Assembly (NCBI RefSeq): GCF_001194135.2
Contig: NC_068991.1
Coordinates: 8,996,259-9,060,258 of the forward strand
Direction: 5' to 3'
Length of the DNA: 64,000 nt
DNA from: Octopus bimaculoides
Lineage: Eukaryota
Both the position numbers and the translations under genes were made by a program. Position 1 is the stretch's first letter. Each line of letters begins with the position of its first letter. Below the pieces are notes generated by a model. The model searched no databases, had not been told where the DNA came from, and saw nothing but the letters and a program-made list of their open reading frames with translations. This document shows, piece by piece, positions 50,601 to 64,000 of the stretch.

Positions 50601-51886
50601 TGCCTGTCAGAACAACAAATAAATCTCTGCCTATTTCTCATTTATGTTAATATATTTGTGAAAAGGCAACATAATGGCTATTAAATATAACGTGAGGTGA
50701 GGTGTAGTTCATATTCCTCGTTAATAATGGCTGGTACAGCTGTCACAAATACTGAAATTATAATGGTACGAAAATTAATCGTTCGGAACAGCTGATGACA
50801 GGTCATTACATTAGACCAGTGATTCTTTACCATTTTGTTTTTCTATAGCACCCCACCTTTTGAGTAGTTGTTATGCCCTGCGCCCACCTAAATGGTGAGT
50901 GGGGTATCACGACTAAACTAACTTAACATGGAGATTAATTTATAAACTACTCTAAAAATGGATTGTATAAGTTTTTAACAGTGAAATGATAAAAACAAAA
51001 TTTACTTTATGCTTTGCAAGCTAATGACTTCCCTGTGCCGGATGACATCTCAGTTTATTTTAATAACCGAAACTATTTTTATCATGTATAAATAATATAA
51101 TTACTACTATAAGTAAAATTTAGTTGATTATGTTACCTCACCGCTCCCTAAAGCGTTACCGCCCATGTTGAGAACTTCTGAATTAGGCTATTAAAATTGA
51201 TCAGTTGATGTAGCCCTGTATGACAGACGTTGGTATCTGAAGCCGATAATAGAAATCATGTTCAGTTCTTCAATCCTCAGCTAATATTTCAAAGGCTTAC
51301 CTTGTTAATCTGTATGTGACCTGTTATTGAAATACGGCAGCAGTTTCGACTAATCCTGTGTATTAAGTGACTCTTCGTATGTCTACTCTTTAAGGATTTT
51401 TCGATTATCTTCCTTTTCCTCCTCCTCGTACCTTTTAAGCAGGTTACATATGAGAAAAAGAGAGAGAGGGATAGATTGTAAATAAAATTAATGCAGTCAG
51501 GGAGAAAAGAAGAAGAAAAGAGGGAGAGAGAGAGATTGATGAAAGAATAAGAATACTGATTTTTAACGCAGTCATAATGGCCATCCATCTGCGGAAAGAG
51601 CAGTCGATTAAATTAAACCCAGTATTGGCAGATATTTATTCGATCAGTCCGGAAGTCAAACATGTTTAATGAACTTAGCCTGTATTTGTTTTGCTGACGA
51701 CGTTAATGGGAAAGTTGCGTTATTGGCAACCGGTAAATCTTCGACCGTCTTTTAACACCTTCAAGCATTCTCTGAAATGTTCCAGTTACTTCTCAAATTG
51801 CTTTGTGTGCCTCCAGATGACTAGCTGGAAATTTCCTATCACAATCCAATTTAACGACCACAAGAACCTGGGATACAACATGGACC

Positions 51887-52268
<382 letters not shown>

Positions 52269-53209
52269 CGATTTGTTTATTATTATTCTGGGGTCGATTT
52301 GTCGTGCAAGTGGCTGAGCACTCCACAGACACGTGTACCCTTAACGTAGTTCTCAGGGAGATTCAGCGTGACACACAGAGTGTGATAAGACTGGTCTTTT
52401 GAATTAAAGGTACTACTCATTTTTGACATCTGAGTGGGCTGGAGCAGCGTAAAATAAAGTGTCTTGCTCAAGGGCACAACGCACCGCCGGGAATTGAACT
52501 CACGACCTTACGATGATGGGCCGAATAGCCTAACTACTAAACCACTCGCTTTCACGAAACATTACAGTAATGAATGCATTCATACGTACATAAATGTATT
52601 TGTATATCCATACGCACACAGTTATACAGACTGCACACACAGTCAGCTGTTGCATAATATATTTAAAACGTCATTGTAGGGGTGCAGTTGCTATGACATC
52701 GGTAAAAATACGTCATAAATCGAACACATCATAGGGAATAACAATTTTTCTCAAAGAAAGAACATTTTTCAAAGTTTTCTTTCCGTTTTATATATTTGAC
52801 TACAATTGTGTTACTAATCCAATAAAAATATTTTCTTATTCAAACACTTTCATACATTTTTGGTTAATTCTTCTTAAGTGGGGACTTCAGAAACTGAAGT
52901 TATTTATGCATTCTAAATATGGGCTAGAAGATGATCAATACTTGCACCGTTTTGAGAAATGGCTGGAACTATTCGGTAGATCATTATTTTATACAGCCTG
53001 GATTGAAACTAGTGTTAGTCATATTGATTTCTGTCTCTTAATTTTAATTTTAACGTGATCAAGTTCAAAAAGACTGGTTTTAATCAAAACTATATTAAAT
53101 AGAATTAGTTGGCTGAGTTAGATATAGTTAGCAGAATAATGTAACTTCAACAGCTGACTGAACTTCGAAAAATTACGGGGGTAGGAATTTTGCTTTTCGT
53201 AATAAGGTA

Positions 53210-53560
53210 TACTCTCACGATGTCAGGAAGATCAGCCGCTGAGTAAATATTTGTCGGCTATGCTGCACTCGGAGCGAAAATCCCACTGTTCGTCAGCTAG
53301 CTTTGACTCGACAGTACTCTACAGATGAGTGGTGTTCGACTGAATCAGGTATCTTGGGGCCGTTTTCACGAGTGATGGAATGTAAGAGGCTGAATTAAAT
53401 GCAAGAATTGCAGCTGCTAGTACAGAAATGCACCAGTTTCAGCATTCGGTCATCAGAAGAAGGAAGGTAGATGTAAAAACCAAAATCGCTATCTTCAACT
53501 CGGTGTTCGTGCCGGCCCTTACCTATGGTTGTGAATCTTGGGTAGTGACCGAAAGAATAC
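53210..53560 (+). mobile_element. Decayed RTE-clade LINE fragment, cut by a family C SINE
   Basis: YLGAVFTSDG...ELNARIAAA; KTKIAIFNSVFVPALTYGCESWVVTER. Confidence 0.75.
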
Positions 53561-55449
53561 TTATTCTATCAATTTCTTTCGCCGAACCGTTAGGTGACGA
53601 GGACGTAAACACATCAACATCTGTTGTCAAGTGGTGGTGGACAAACACAGACAAACACACACACGCACACATACACATACACAAATACAACGGGCTTTTT
53701 TCAGTTTCCGTCTACCAAATTCACTCATAAGGCTTTGGTCAGCCTGTGGCTATAGCAGAAGACACTTCCCCAAGGGTCCGTGCAGTAGGACAGAACCCAT
53801 ATGGTTGGGAAGCAAATGTCTTACCGTGCAGCTACACCCGTGCCTATATATTGATTTTTGTTGTTAAAAGCAAAGAGTTTCTCCCAAATAAGCTAATTAA
53901 TCCTATTTAATGACGTTTTAATTAACATCAATCCTTTCGAACTAGATGAAATCAAAAGTATATTTAAAAGATAGCAAGCAATGTGGCCTACTTCAATTTA
54001 AAATAAGATCTTACCCAGCAAATCACCGATTCATCCATGCTTCCATACTACAAACTCACAATAATGACATAGTCGTCATCGGGCTATTTCAATAGATAGG
54101 CTTAAGTTGGGTTTTTACATACATTTAACTATAAGAGCATTAATCTAATTATGGATTCGTATTTTGGAATAATTTAACAAGGCACCTGGTTCGAAATACA
54201 CCACCGCTTATATAGTTTTGTTGTTGTGAAACATCTCTTGACAGAACGGAAACACGCGGTTGTACTTTTAAAGAGAACTAAGCGTTCGCCTAGATGTAGC
54301 AGGATCAGATTTTGACAAGTACTTGATGTGTATTCGCAATTACGTGTCAGGAAAGACAGGGTAGAGAAAAATAAGACCTTTTGTCTCCCGTCCACCATTG
54401 TACACACGTGCACAATTGTGTGTGTGTGTGTGTGTGTGTGTATTAANNNNNNNNNNNNNNNNNNNNNNNNNNNNNNNNNNNNNNNNNNNNNNNNNNNNNN
54501 NNNNNNNNNNNNNNNNNNNNNNNNNNNNNNNNNNNNNNNNNNNNNNNNNNNNNNNNNNNNNNNNNNNNNNNNNNNNNNNNNNNNNNNNNNNNNNNNNNNN
54601 NNNNNNNNNNNNNNNNNNNNNNNNNNNNNNNNNNNNNNNNNNNNNNNNNNNNNNNNNNNNNNNNNNNNNNNNNNNNNNNNNNNNNNNNNNNNNNNNNNNN
54701 NNNNNNNNNNNNNNNNNNNNNNNNNNNNNNNNNNNNNNNNNNNNNNNNNNNNNNNNNNNNNNNNNNNNNNNNNNNNNNNNNNNNNNNNNNNNNNNNNNNN
54801 NNNNNNNNNNNNNNNNNNNNNNNNNNNNNNNNNNNNNNNNNNNNNNNNNNNNNNNNNNNNNNNNNNNNNNNNNNNNNNNNNNNNNNNNNNNNNNNNNNNN
54901 NNNNNNNNNNNNNNNNNNNNNNNNNNNNNNNNNNNNNNNNNNNNNNNNNNNNNNNNNNNNNNNNNNNNNNNNNNNNNNNNNNNNNNNNNNNNNNNNNNNN
55001 NNNNNNNNNNNNNNNNNNNNNNNNNNNNNNNNNNNNNNNNNNNNNNNNNNNNNNNNNNNNNNNNNNNNNNNNNNNNNNNNNNNNNNNNNNNNNNNNNNNN
55101 NNNNNNNNNNNNNNNNNNNNNNNNNNNNNNNNNNNNNNNNNNNNNNNNNNNNNNNNNNNNNNNNNNNNNNNNNNNNNNNNNNNNNNNNNNNNNNNNNNNN
55201 NNNNNNNNNNNNNNNNNNNNNNNNNNNNNNNNNNNNNNNNNNNNNNNNNNNNNNNNNNNNNNNNNNNNNNNNNNNNNNNNNNNNNNNNNNNNNNNNNNNN
55301 NNNNNNNNNNNNNNNNNNNNNNNNNNNNNNNNNNNNNNNNNNNNNNNNNNNNNNNNNNNNNNNNNNNNNNNNNNNNNNNNNNNNNNNNNNNNNNNNNNNN
55401 NNNNNNNNNNNNNNNNNNNNNNNNNNNNNNNNNATATATATATATATAT

Positions 55450-57560
55450 ATATATACAAACGTACGAGTACATAGATGCAACGAAGGGAAAGAAAACAGT
55501 ACTCAAATACCAACGCTGGAGTAAGACAGAAAAATTAGATAGAGTTAAATGTACGAAAGAGGTAACCACGAACACAGAGACGCAGAAAAAAGCTGATGCA
55601 AAAAAAAGTATACGTGCATAAAGATATGTAAACAATCTATCTAATCGATTGAAGTTAGGTGTTATGATTTTAAAAATATATGTAGTAAAATGAAACGAAA
55701 TTCAATAGTATAATAAACATGCAACATATACTGTGGTCGATAACAGTTCATGTTAAAAGATAAAAGGATAAAATCAGAGAGCTCTTATAAAATTATATAG
55801 GTCAAATGCGACGGTCGGAAGGACACGTCATGATTACAAAAAAACACAGAAAAATTATCCTACAAAATCGAAGTTATGCTAAAAAAGTGAAGCAAATAAA
55901 AAGGTGAGAAATGGCAATCCTAATGCCAATGCTAAAATTTATCATTTTGTGGCAAAGGTTTCGAAATTAAGAATTTCGAAAACTGCCTACAACTGTTGAA
56001 TAGTTCAGATTTCTTGTTCAAGGCAGATTTATCTTGAAACAGGTTAAGGTATATTTTTCACTTAAGCACAACGGACATTTGATAGAATTGCAGTAGGATC
56101 CATGCCTGTATGGGCTTGCTTTTTCTAAGATAGACCATTGGGGTTTGAAAAAGGGTAGAACCAGTTTCTTTCAATTGCCGTACATGTTTCGATAAAAACA
56201 AGAACGCGAGGGGTGGAAACGAACATAGTTAATAACATAGTAACACAAGAAAGTAAGTTGCTCTTTTGTACTTGAAAAGGGTAGCTTTTAGCAATACCCC
56301 TTCGTACTACAACGACATCTTTAGCAATAGCAGTTTTCCCAAGACTATCTGTTATGTTGAAAGTGAAAATAACTCCAAGTTATCTCATGGAATTCAAACT
56401 AGAAAAGCTTTGTAGTTCAACCCTACATACAGTTTGACTGTCAGGGTTAATGTTGTGAGAGAATTTTAACATTTAGTATCTAAGCATTTTCCCAAGTATA
56501 GAATTTTTAACAAAACACTGAAGGTTAGCCAGTCTTGCTGCAAAATCTTTACGTTGTTCCTTAACCAGCCCAATGTAAGCTCGACAAAACTAATGGATAT
56601 GTATCTATCCTAGGTTGAACTTCAAAGGCCCTGTTAACTGACTCTTTAATGGTAATTTCCCCCATCAAAGAAGTTGTTTATGGAGCTAAGGTCCAAATTG
56701 ATAATAGCCCAACATAAAAAAAAATAAAAACCGGAGTCATTGCAAACGGATTTTATTTTCACAAAAATTCCTTTAAATATCCTTTGTTAAGTCCATCAAC
56801 GAGTTGATAAAAAAAATATCAGGCTATGAAAAGGAGCTGGTTCTCAGTTTTTTTCGAAACCCAAAGATCTATCTTGATAAAAGCAAGCCTATACAGGCAT
56901 GGATCCTACTGCAATTCTATCAAATACCCGTTGTACTTAAGTGAAGAATATTTCATCATGTTTCATGATAAATCTACATTGAATCAGAAATCTGAACTAT
57001 TCAACCGTTTGTAGGCATTCTTCGGTTGCCACCAAACGATAAATCATAGCATTGGCATTATTAGCATTGTCATTTCTCACCTTTACATTTGCTTCCTTGT
57101 TTTCAGTATCACTCGAAATTTGCTGGATACTTTACCTGCATTTTTGTAATCCTGACATGTATCCTTCCAACCGTCGCATTCGACCTATATAACTTTATAA
57201 CTGCTGTTTGATTTTATCCTTTTAACACTATCTTTTATTGTCCGCGATACATGTTACACACGTTTATTACATTAATGTATTTCATTATATTTTATCATTC
57301 TATTTTTAAAGTTATTCCCAACTTAAATCGATTGACTTAATTATTTACATATCTCTGTGCAAATATTTTTTTCCATGTTGTTCTATATTTCCAAATCGTA
57401 TTACATCCATTTTCTTTCGATGGTTTTTTTTTTTTCTTGTTTACCTGTTCGTGATTAGGTCTTTTGATACATTCAACTCACTATCTTTCTATGCTTGCAA
57501 ATCGTTCCCACCGCTCCCTTGTGCTTATAGCTGTCCGTATTAGATACAAACTCTCGGTTA
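55450..57560. mobile_element. Degenerate Penelope-like element (+, about 56200-57560) with an inverted copy of its 3' end (about 55450-56170)
   Basis: RKAL*FNPTYSLTVRVNV, LVSKHFPK-YRIFNKNT, VVYGAKV, KASLYRHGSYCN...LSEEYFIMFHDKSTLNQKSEL match PLE RT-thumb and GIY-YIG; arms are reverse complements (about 80% in the core). Confidence 0.8.
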
Positions 57561-57752
57561 TTACTATTACTACTTTTAAACTTTGCTTCCATCTCTCATT
57601 TTATTTTTCTCTGTTTTTGTTCCGTTGTCTTTTCCTTGTTATTTTCCTTCTTTCCCCCCCCTCTCTTCTTAGATTCTATTTGTTTCTCTTTTATTTTCGT
57701 CCGCGAGTGCACCTATATATACATTCATTCACAGACATACATATATATAAGG

Positions 57753-57797
<45 letters not shown>

Positions 57798-58092
57798 ACA
57801 TTCATTTATTACTAGTGATGCCGGTATCTTTTGTGGAGAGACACCCAGGGTAACCCTATAAACCGGCCTNNNNNNNNNNNNNNNNNNNNNNNNNNNNNNN
57901 NNNNNNNNNNNNNNNNNNNNNNNNNNNNNNNNNNNNNNNNNNNNNNNNNNNNNNNNNNNNNNNNNNNNNNNNNNNNNNNNNNNNNNNNNNNNNNNNNNNN
58001 NNNNNNNNNNNNNNNNNNNNNNNNNNNNNNNNNNNNNNNNNNNNNNNNNNNNNNNNNNNNNNNNNNNNNNNNNNNNNNNNNNNNNNNNNNNN

Positions 58093-58130
<38 letters not shown>

Positions 58131-58474
58131 GAGCTCAGTGGTCCAACATGACGAATGAATACATATATGCGCGCGCGCATATGTGTGTACAATATCTCTA
58201 CAATATATTTAATATAAGGTGTCTCTGTGTCTCTCTGCACACGCATCCCTGTGTGTGCGTGTGTCTGTGTGTGTATGTGCCGTTGCACTTAATTACTTAT
58301 GAAGGAAAAGTACTTTTTGGCAGGATAAATTATTTCTCCTTTGTTTGCCGATGTACTAGACAGCCTACCTACTTTGAATCACAGATTCCCTTCCGGTATT
58401 TTCTTTCAGTGGTGCTTGGCGCTGCGTTCACTTGCACTAAACTTGTGTGAAAGAACAATAAGAAGCGACATGTT

Positions 58475-58530
<56 letters not shown>

Positions 58531-58571
58531 ATGTCTGTCTTCCTGTCTGCCTGCCCGCCTGCCTGCCTGCC

Positions 58572-58620
<49 letters not shown>

Positions 58621-58960
58621 GAATTTAGACACACTGAATTTAAACACACTGAATTTAAACACACCGGGTGAACAAAAATGAAATTTAAACACACTGGGTG
58701 AACAAAAATGAAAAATAACTAAATTGTTTTTCAGGGACAACGTACAAAAACCGTAACAACAGATTTTGTTTTACGCACGTGTAATTTAAATGCAAGGAAG
58801 TCAATTTGTAGACAGAGCTTGCAAACCCCATATGAACGTAGAAATCTCTAGAAGGAAATAGCTTGAGTGAAAAAACTTGAGCCGCTTTTGGATAGCTTTT
58901 TCTAACGCATGACCGCTCAGTGGCGTGGTTGAAATTTCATTGGTTAGTAATAAAGGTTTA

Positions 58961-59018
58961 TCGGCTGCATGTGGCCCATATCGGCTGCATGTGGCCCATA
59001 TCGGCTGCATGTGGCCCA
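58961..59018. repeat. 20-bp tandem repeat x3
   Basis: tcggctgcatgtggcccata repeated head to tail. Confidence 0.95.
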
Positions 59019-60647
59019 CGACCGCACGCACAACGTTTTCCGATAGAGGGAGAAATGTAAATAGTGTATTTAGATACACGGAGTGCAAACATTTTTAAAT
59101 AAGTAAAGTAACGTACAAATACCGTAAAGACAAAGATATTTACGCAAGATAAAATTGAAATACACTGAAGACAATTTTTAGGCAGATATGGCCTGCGTGC
59201 GTGATTGTGTTGAGTATTCTGTATGTAGACCGCCGAGAAAAGCAAAACCTATGTGGAGAGAGTATTATTTATTTTGAGAAAGGGAAAGGTCAAGATATTT
59301 CATCGTCTGTTTAATCACGTTTAATCTTGTGATTCTTCAGGGTCAGTCTCAAGAATCTAAGAGTCACAAAATAAAATTGCTTGATACCAATATATGTCGA
59401 TCTTTCGAGTTCCTGAAATAAATCTCATACACGAGCGCGCGCACATTTATTTTATATAATATATATACAAACGTACATGTGTGTGTGTGTGTGCGTGTAT
59501 CTAGATGGATAGATAGATACAATCTACATATGTATATATCTACATATATATACTTTTATTTTTTACTTGTTCAGTCATGTGACTGCGGCCATGCTGGAGC
59601 ACTGCCTCTGAATTAATGTATTAATTCTATTAATGTATATCATCATAGATAATATGCATTAATACACACACACACACACACACACACACGTATATAATAC
59701 GTATCAGTATATATATATATATATAAGCAATGTTAATTCTCTAAATGAAGTATTAACAGTAACTGCACGATAAAGTGTAGTATATTGCCACTTAAGTGTG
59801 GCTGACCCCTAGGGGTGGATGTTACTGTTGCTTTTAGCCCCAGGAGGACATCTCCTCCAGCTGGCTTATCGACACACGACTGTGTCCTGTTTGCTANNNN
59901 NNNNNNNNNNNNNNNNNNNNNNNNNNNNNNNNNNNNNNNNNNNNNNNNNNNNNNNNNNNNNNNNNNNNNNNNNNNNNNNNNNNNNNNNNNNNNNNNNNNN
60001 NNNNNNNNNNNNNNNNNNNNNNNNNNNNNNNNNNNNNNNNNNNNNNNNNNNNNNNNNNNNNNNNNNNNNNNNNNNNNNNNNNNNNNNNNNNNNNNNNNNN
60101 NNNNNNNNNNNNNNNNNNNNNNNNNNNNNNNNNNNNNNNNNNNNNNNNNNNNNNNNNNNNNNNNNNNNNNNNNNNNNNNNNNNNNNNNNNNNNNNNNNNN
60201 NNNNNNNNNNNNNNNNNNNNNNNNNNNNNNNNNNNNNNNNNNNNNNNNNNNNNNNNNNNNNNNNNNNNNNNNNNNNNNNNNNNNNNNNNNNNNNNNNNNN
60301 NNNNNNNNNNNNNNNNNNNNNNNNNNNNNNNNNNNNNNNNNNNNNNNNNNNNNNNNNNNNNNNNNNNNNNNNNNNNNNNNNNCTTAGCGGTATTTCGTCT
60401 GCCTTTACGTTCTGAGTTCAAATTCCGCCGAGGTCGACTTTGCCTTTCATCCTTTCGGGGTCGATAAATTAAGTACCAGTTACGCACTGGGGTCGATGTA
60501 ATCGACTTAATCCGTTTGTTTGTCCCCTCTATGTTTAGCCTCTTGTGGGCAATACAGAAATAGGTATTTCGTCCGTCTTTACGGTCTGAGTTTAAATTCC
60601 ACCGAGATTTTGTTTTCGTCCTAAATTTTCGTCCTGAATTTCACTCC

Positions 60648-61363
60648 TAATAGCTTAGGAGTGAAATTTAGGATTTCTCAGTTTTATGAGAATCGATTTT
60701 GATAAAACTTTTCCCAGCTGGTTTGAACCCTAACCCTAACACAGTTGTTATGTTTTCATTATTCTGTGTAACGTCCTTTCTTTTTTATTTCAGATTTTTC
60801 AGCTTTAGGGAGAACCACGCTAATAGTGTCTCTCCTCTCTAAGAACGATGGGACGTGGAAAAGGCCTTAACGATGAAGAAAAGTCTATCATCATCAAGGA
60901 AGGTGCTAAAGGCACCTCTCTTCATGTCATTGCGAAGATGTTAGGTCGTCATGTGGACACCGTTTGACGATTCCTGAAGGATCCTTCGCCAAGGAAGAAA
61001 CGATCCGATTGTAGGACCTCCGAGACTTGGCCACAAGAAATTGAAAGATTCCATGACTAATAGGGTTTTTGAAGTTATTATTATGGTTTTCTGTTAAACG
61101 TATACTCATTGTATGCTCAATATGTGTCATTACCCTTCATTTTATGAAAAAAAGATGTTTAGATGGGCAATTTTCATTCAAAAGCTATTAGCGTGGTTCA
61201 CCCCAAAACTGAAGAATCTGAAATATAAAAGAAAGGACGTTACACAGAATAATGAAGACCTAACAATGGTTCTGCCATAATGTGCAAACAAGCTGGAAAA
61301 AGTTTTATCAAAATCGATTCAACATAAAACCGAAAAATCCTAAATTTCACTCTTAAGCTATTA
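60648..61363 (+). mobile_element. Internally deleted Tc1-like element with ~180-bp TIRs
   Basis: 60648-60826 reverse-complements 61187-61363; MGRGKGLNDEEKSIIIKE...IAKMLGRHVDTV*RFLK HTH remnant from 60848. Confidence 0.85.
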
Positions 61364-62104
61364 GCATGATTCTGGGTGTACATACATACATGCATGCATA
61401 CATACATAGTTTTATTCAATGCATATGTATATATGCTTTAATTTGAAAAAGATGATATTCTTGATACAGATTTTAATCGCAAAATTTCTATTTTTTTCTC
61501 ATTATCTTGGAGGTATAGATCGTTTCTTCTCTTTTTTTTTATGCGCAAACTTGCGATTAGTTTGAGAATTTTCAAATCATCGAGAAAATGCCGAATACAA
61601 TAATTTCTATGTATTTATTTTAAGAACGATATTTTTGGAATGATATAAATGAAACTTAATTAAAAAGATAAAAGTCATGTCCTCATGACCGTTAAATACA
61701 GATAACTGTGTATATGCGCACACTCACATATATAGCGAGAGAGGGGAAGAGATAGGTACAAGAACAGGGAAAGATTTAGACAGACTGACAAACAAATAGA
61801 TAAGTAAATAGGTAGATAGAGAGAGAGAACTTGGGATCAGGCTTTCTTTATAGCAAGTTCGCGCTCGAGTTTTGTCTATGAATGGTTTTACATATTTTTT
61901 TTCTTATTCGGCCCCTAGAATCGCTAAATGTTCCTAACTGAATACAATGGAGTAATGAAGAGAGGAAATAAGAAGAATCTTGAATAGAATTACCCAACTT
62001 TTAACATAGACGCCCATGTCATACAACGCACTCCTAGACACATGACACATAATTACACACACAGATATGCATGTGCGCGCGCGCGCGTCTACATACATAC
62101 ATAA

Positions 62105-62135
<31 letters not shown>

Positions 62136-63818
62136 GTACACGCATTCAGACACACAAGCATACATATGCACACACATTAATTCAGACACACATAGACTAG
62201 CATATTCAATTCTGATTCTTCAGCCTGTCGCTATACACTGTTTCATATATATTTGGCTTCATTGCTTACATTGCTCCACTAAACTTCTACTGCTATGTAT
62301 CAAATTCAAGACGTGTGGTCTTGTAGTTAAGGAATTGGACTTACGATCGTTTGGTCATGAGTTCGCCTTTCCGACTGAGATGTGCATTGTGACTTTCAGG
62401 AAGGCGCTCTATTCAACGTAGCTGTAGCCTACACAACTGGAAATAAGAACATTCGATACCCGTGAGTCAAGACTTCGATGAACTAGTGTTCTAGTCAGAA
62501 TAGAATTTTATTCTATTAGTCACTTATATCAGTGCTCCGCAACCTTTTTGCACTTTCAGTACACTTATAGTCTTTATATATATATATATGGGTGTGTGTA
62601 TATCTGTATATTTAAAAAACTTATCATCTGAAAGTTTCCACCTTTTGCTCTGTCTCGTTTTGCATGTATACATATATACGTATATTTTTAATATAGTTGA
62701 TGTGTCTTATTTGTTTATCCGCATAATTGCCTCTTTGTCTGCTCAACTTGATCCCTCTTATAAACTTTCTTTACCTTGTAAATACATTGGAATATAAGTT
62801 TCAATCTTTTGAGCACTACTGTCTTCTATACGTAGAATCTCTGCATCTCATCTGTAAACTACACACACACACATGTATACGTATGTGTGTGTGTAAATAT
62901 GTATATATCTCAATGCATAATTAAAGATCTAGAGTTGCCCAATCATTTTCATTTTCTTATAAGTATATTTAATTCTAACAAATGGTTTTTGGTATTGCTA
63001 TGCCTAAGCGAAATCATGATATATATGTATGCATATGCATGTGTGTATGTGTGTGTGCATGCATACATGTAAATATATTTATATGCACCCTACACATACA
63101 TTACTTTCACACAATGCATATCCTTCAAATGCATGTATGTCTCTCACTCTGTGGTCACCGTGTCCACTTCAAAGTTCACTCACTTTTCTTGAATGGTCAC
63201 TACTGGTGTCTTAATTGTTCCCACTCTCCCACCAATGTCTTGTCTGTCAGTGAAGGGTAGTGACCTATAAACAGCTACTACATACAGGAGAATGTCTAAT
63301 CACTTCTTAAAAATTGTCGAGTGGACACAATGAGCTTTCAAGAATGGAAAATTCATTTTTAACTTCGTTCTGTTGCACATTCTCCTTCCATAGTAACTTG
63401 CCACTTGTTAGTGAGTGTTAGCGAGAGGTAACAATTACGTCATACGCACATATGTACTTACGTTATACGCCGTGGTATGTATGAGGTTGATTAAGTGGTG
63501 AAAACGTAAAGAGAAATACGTATATGACCTAGGTTCTGACCGAGTCTCTTGACCTAACAGTTTCATATATTTCGTTAACGCATTCGGAAGGGCATGAACG
63601 TCACAAACCTCTAGTCATGCAAAGTCAATGGGACTGAAAATTCTGCACTTAATAAAACACCGGTAAGTAAGGCTGTAGTATATATTACATTTCACAATTG
63701 CATTTGAGTGAATGAATATTTATCATTTGCTTCCCGATAATAACATACATACATAGATATATTCTTTTACTCCTTTACTTGTTTCAGTCATTTAACTGCG
63801 GCCATGCTGGAGCACCGC

Positions 63819-63859
<41 letters not shown>

Positions 63860-64000
63860 TTATTTATTTATGTGTTTCAGCCAAGTGGCTGCGGTCATGC
63901 TGGTGCACCACCGTGATTTTCACGTTCCTCGCATGGCTCTTCTCCCCCACCTGACATGGTCCAATCAAGAGTTTTGATGGCACATCTGGTGTATAAGAGA

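Noticed and set aside
50790-50825. Second hammerhead-like motif (CTGATGA-caGGTC...GACC)
   Set aside because: GAAA core is replaced by AGTG and no helix I or III can be formed.
54174-54400. Minus-strand 75-aa open stretch
   Set aside because: No start or usable splice sites and no recognisable motif.
58961-59018. CRISPR-like array
   Set aside because: Head-to-tail repeats without spacers in a eukaryotic context; no cas genes.
60728-60740. Telomeric (CCCTAA)n
   Set aside because: Only two units, inside a transposon TIR.

Overview
AT-rich, microsatellite- and SINE-dense animal genomic DNA with nine N-gaps. The repeat complement suggests an octopod/cephalopod genome (inference). Positions 455-26331 (+) hold the last 24 coding exons (about 1036 aa) of cytoplasmic isoleucyl-tRNA synthetase (IARS1). 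I traced every GT-AG junction in frame, from the CP1 editing domain through KMSKR to a twice-repeated C-terminal UNE-I-like extension. Convergent with it (about 28.9-37.8 kb, -) is a rod-less lamin-tail-domain gene resembling vertebrate LMNTD1, only partly visible in the ORF track. The rest is tRNA-derived and RTE-tailed SINEs, hAT/piggyBac/mariner MITEs, decayed mariner, Tc1, Gypsy, RTE and Penelope-like elements. Best leads: (1) His->Gln in the IleRS GTGxVH editing motif plus Trp->Ile after CP1; (2) a tandem UNE-I domain, described as vertebrate, with matching intron positions in both repeats; (3) a ~93% identical inverted SINE pair bracketing the KMSKR exons (circRNA/ADAR candidate); (4) the LMNTD1-like gene; (5) a degenerate minimal hammerhead ribozyme. 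Homologue comparisons are from memory; no database searches were run.
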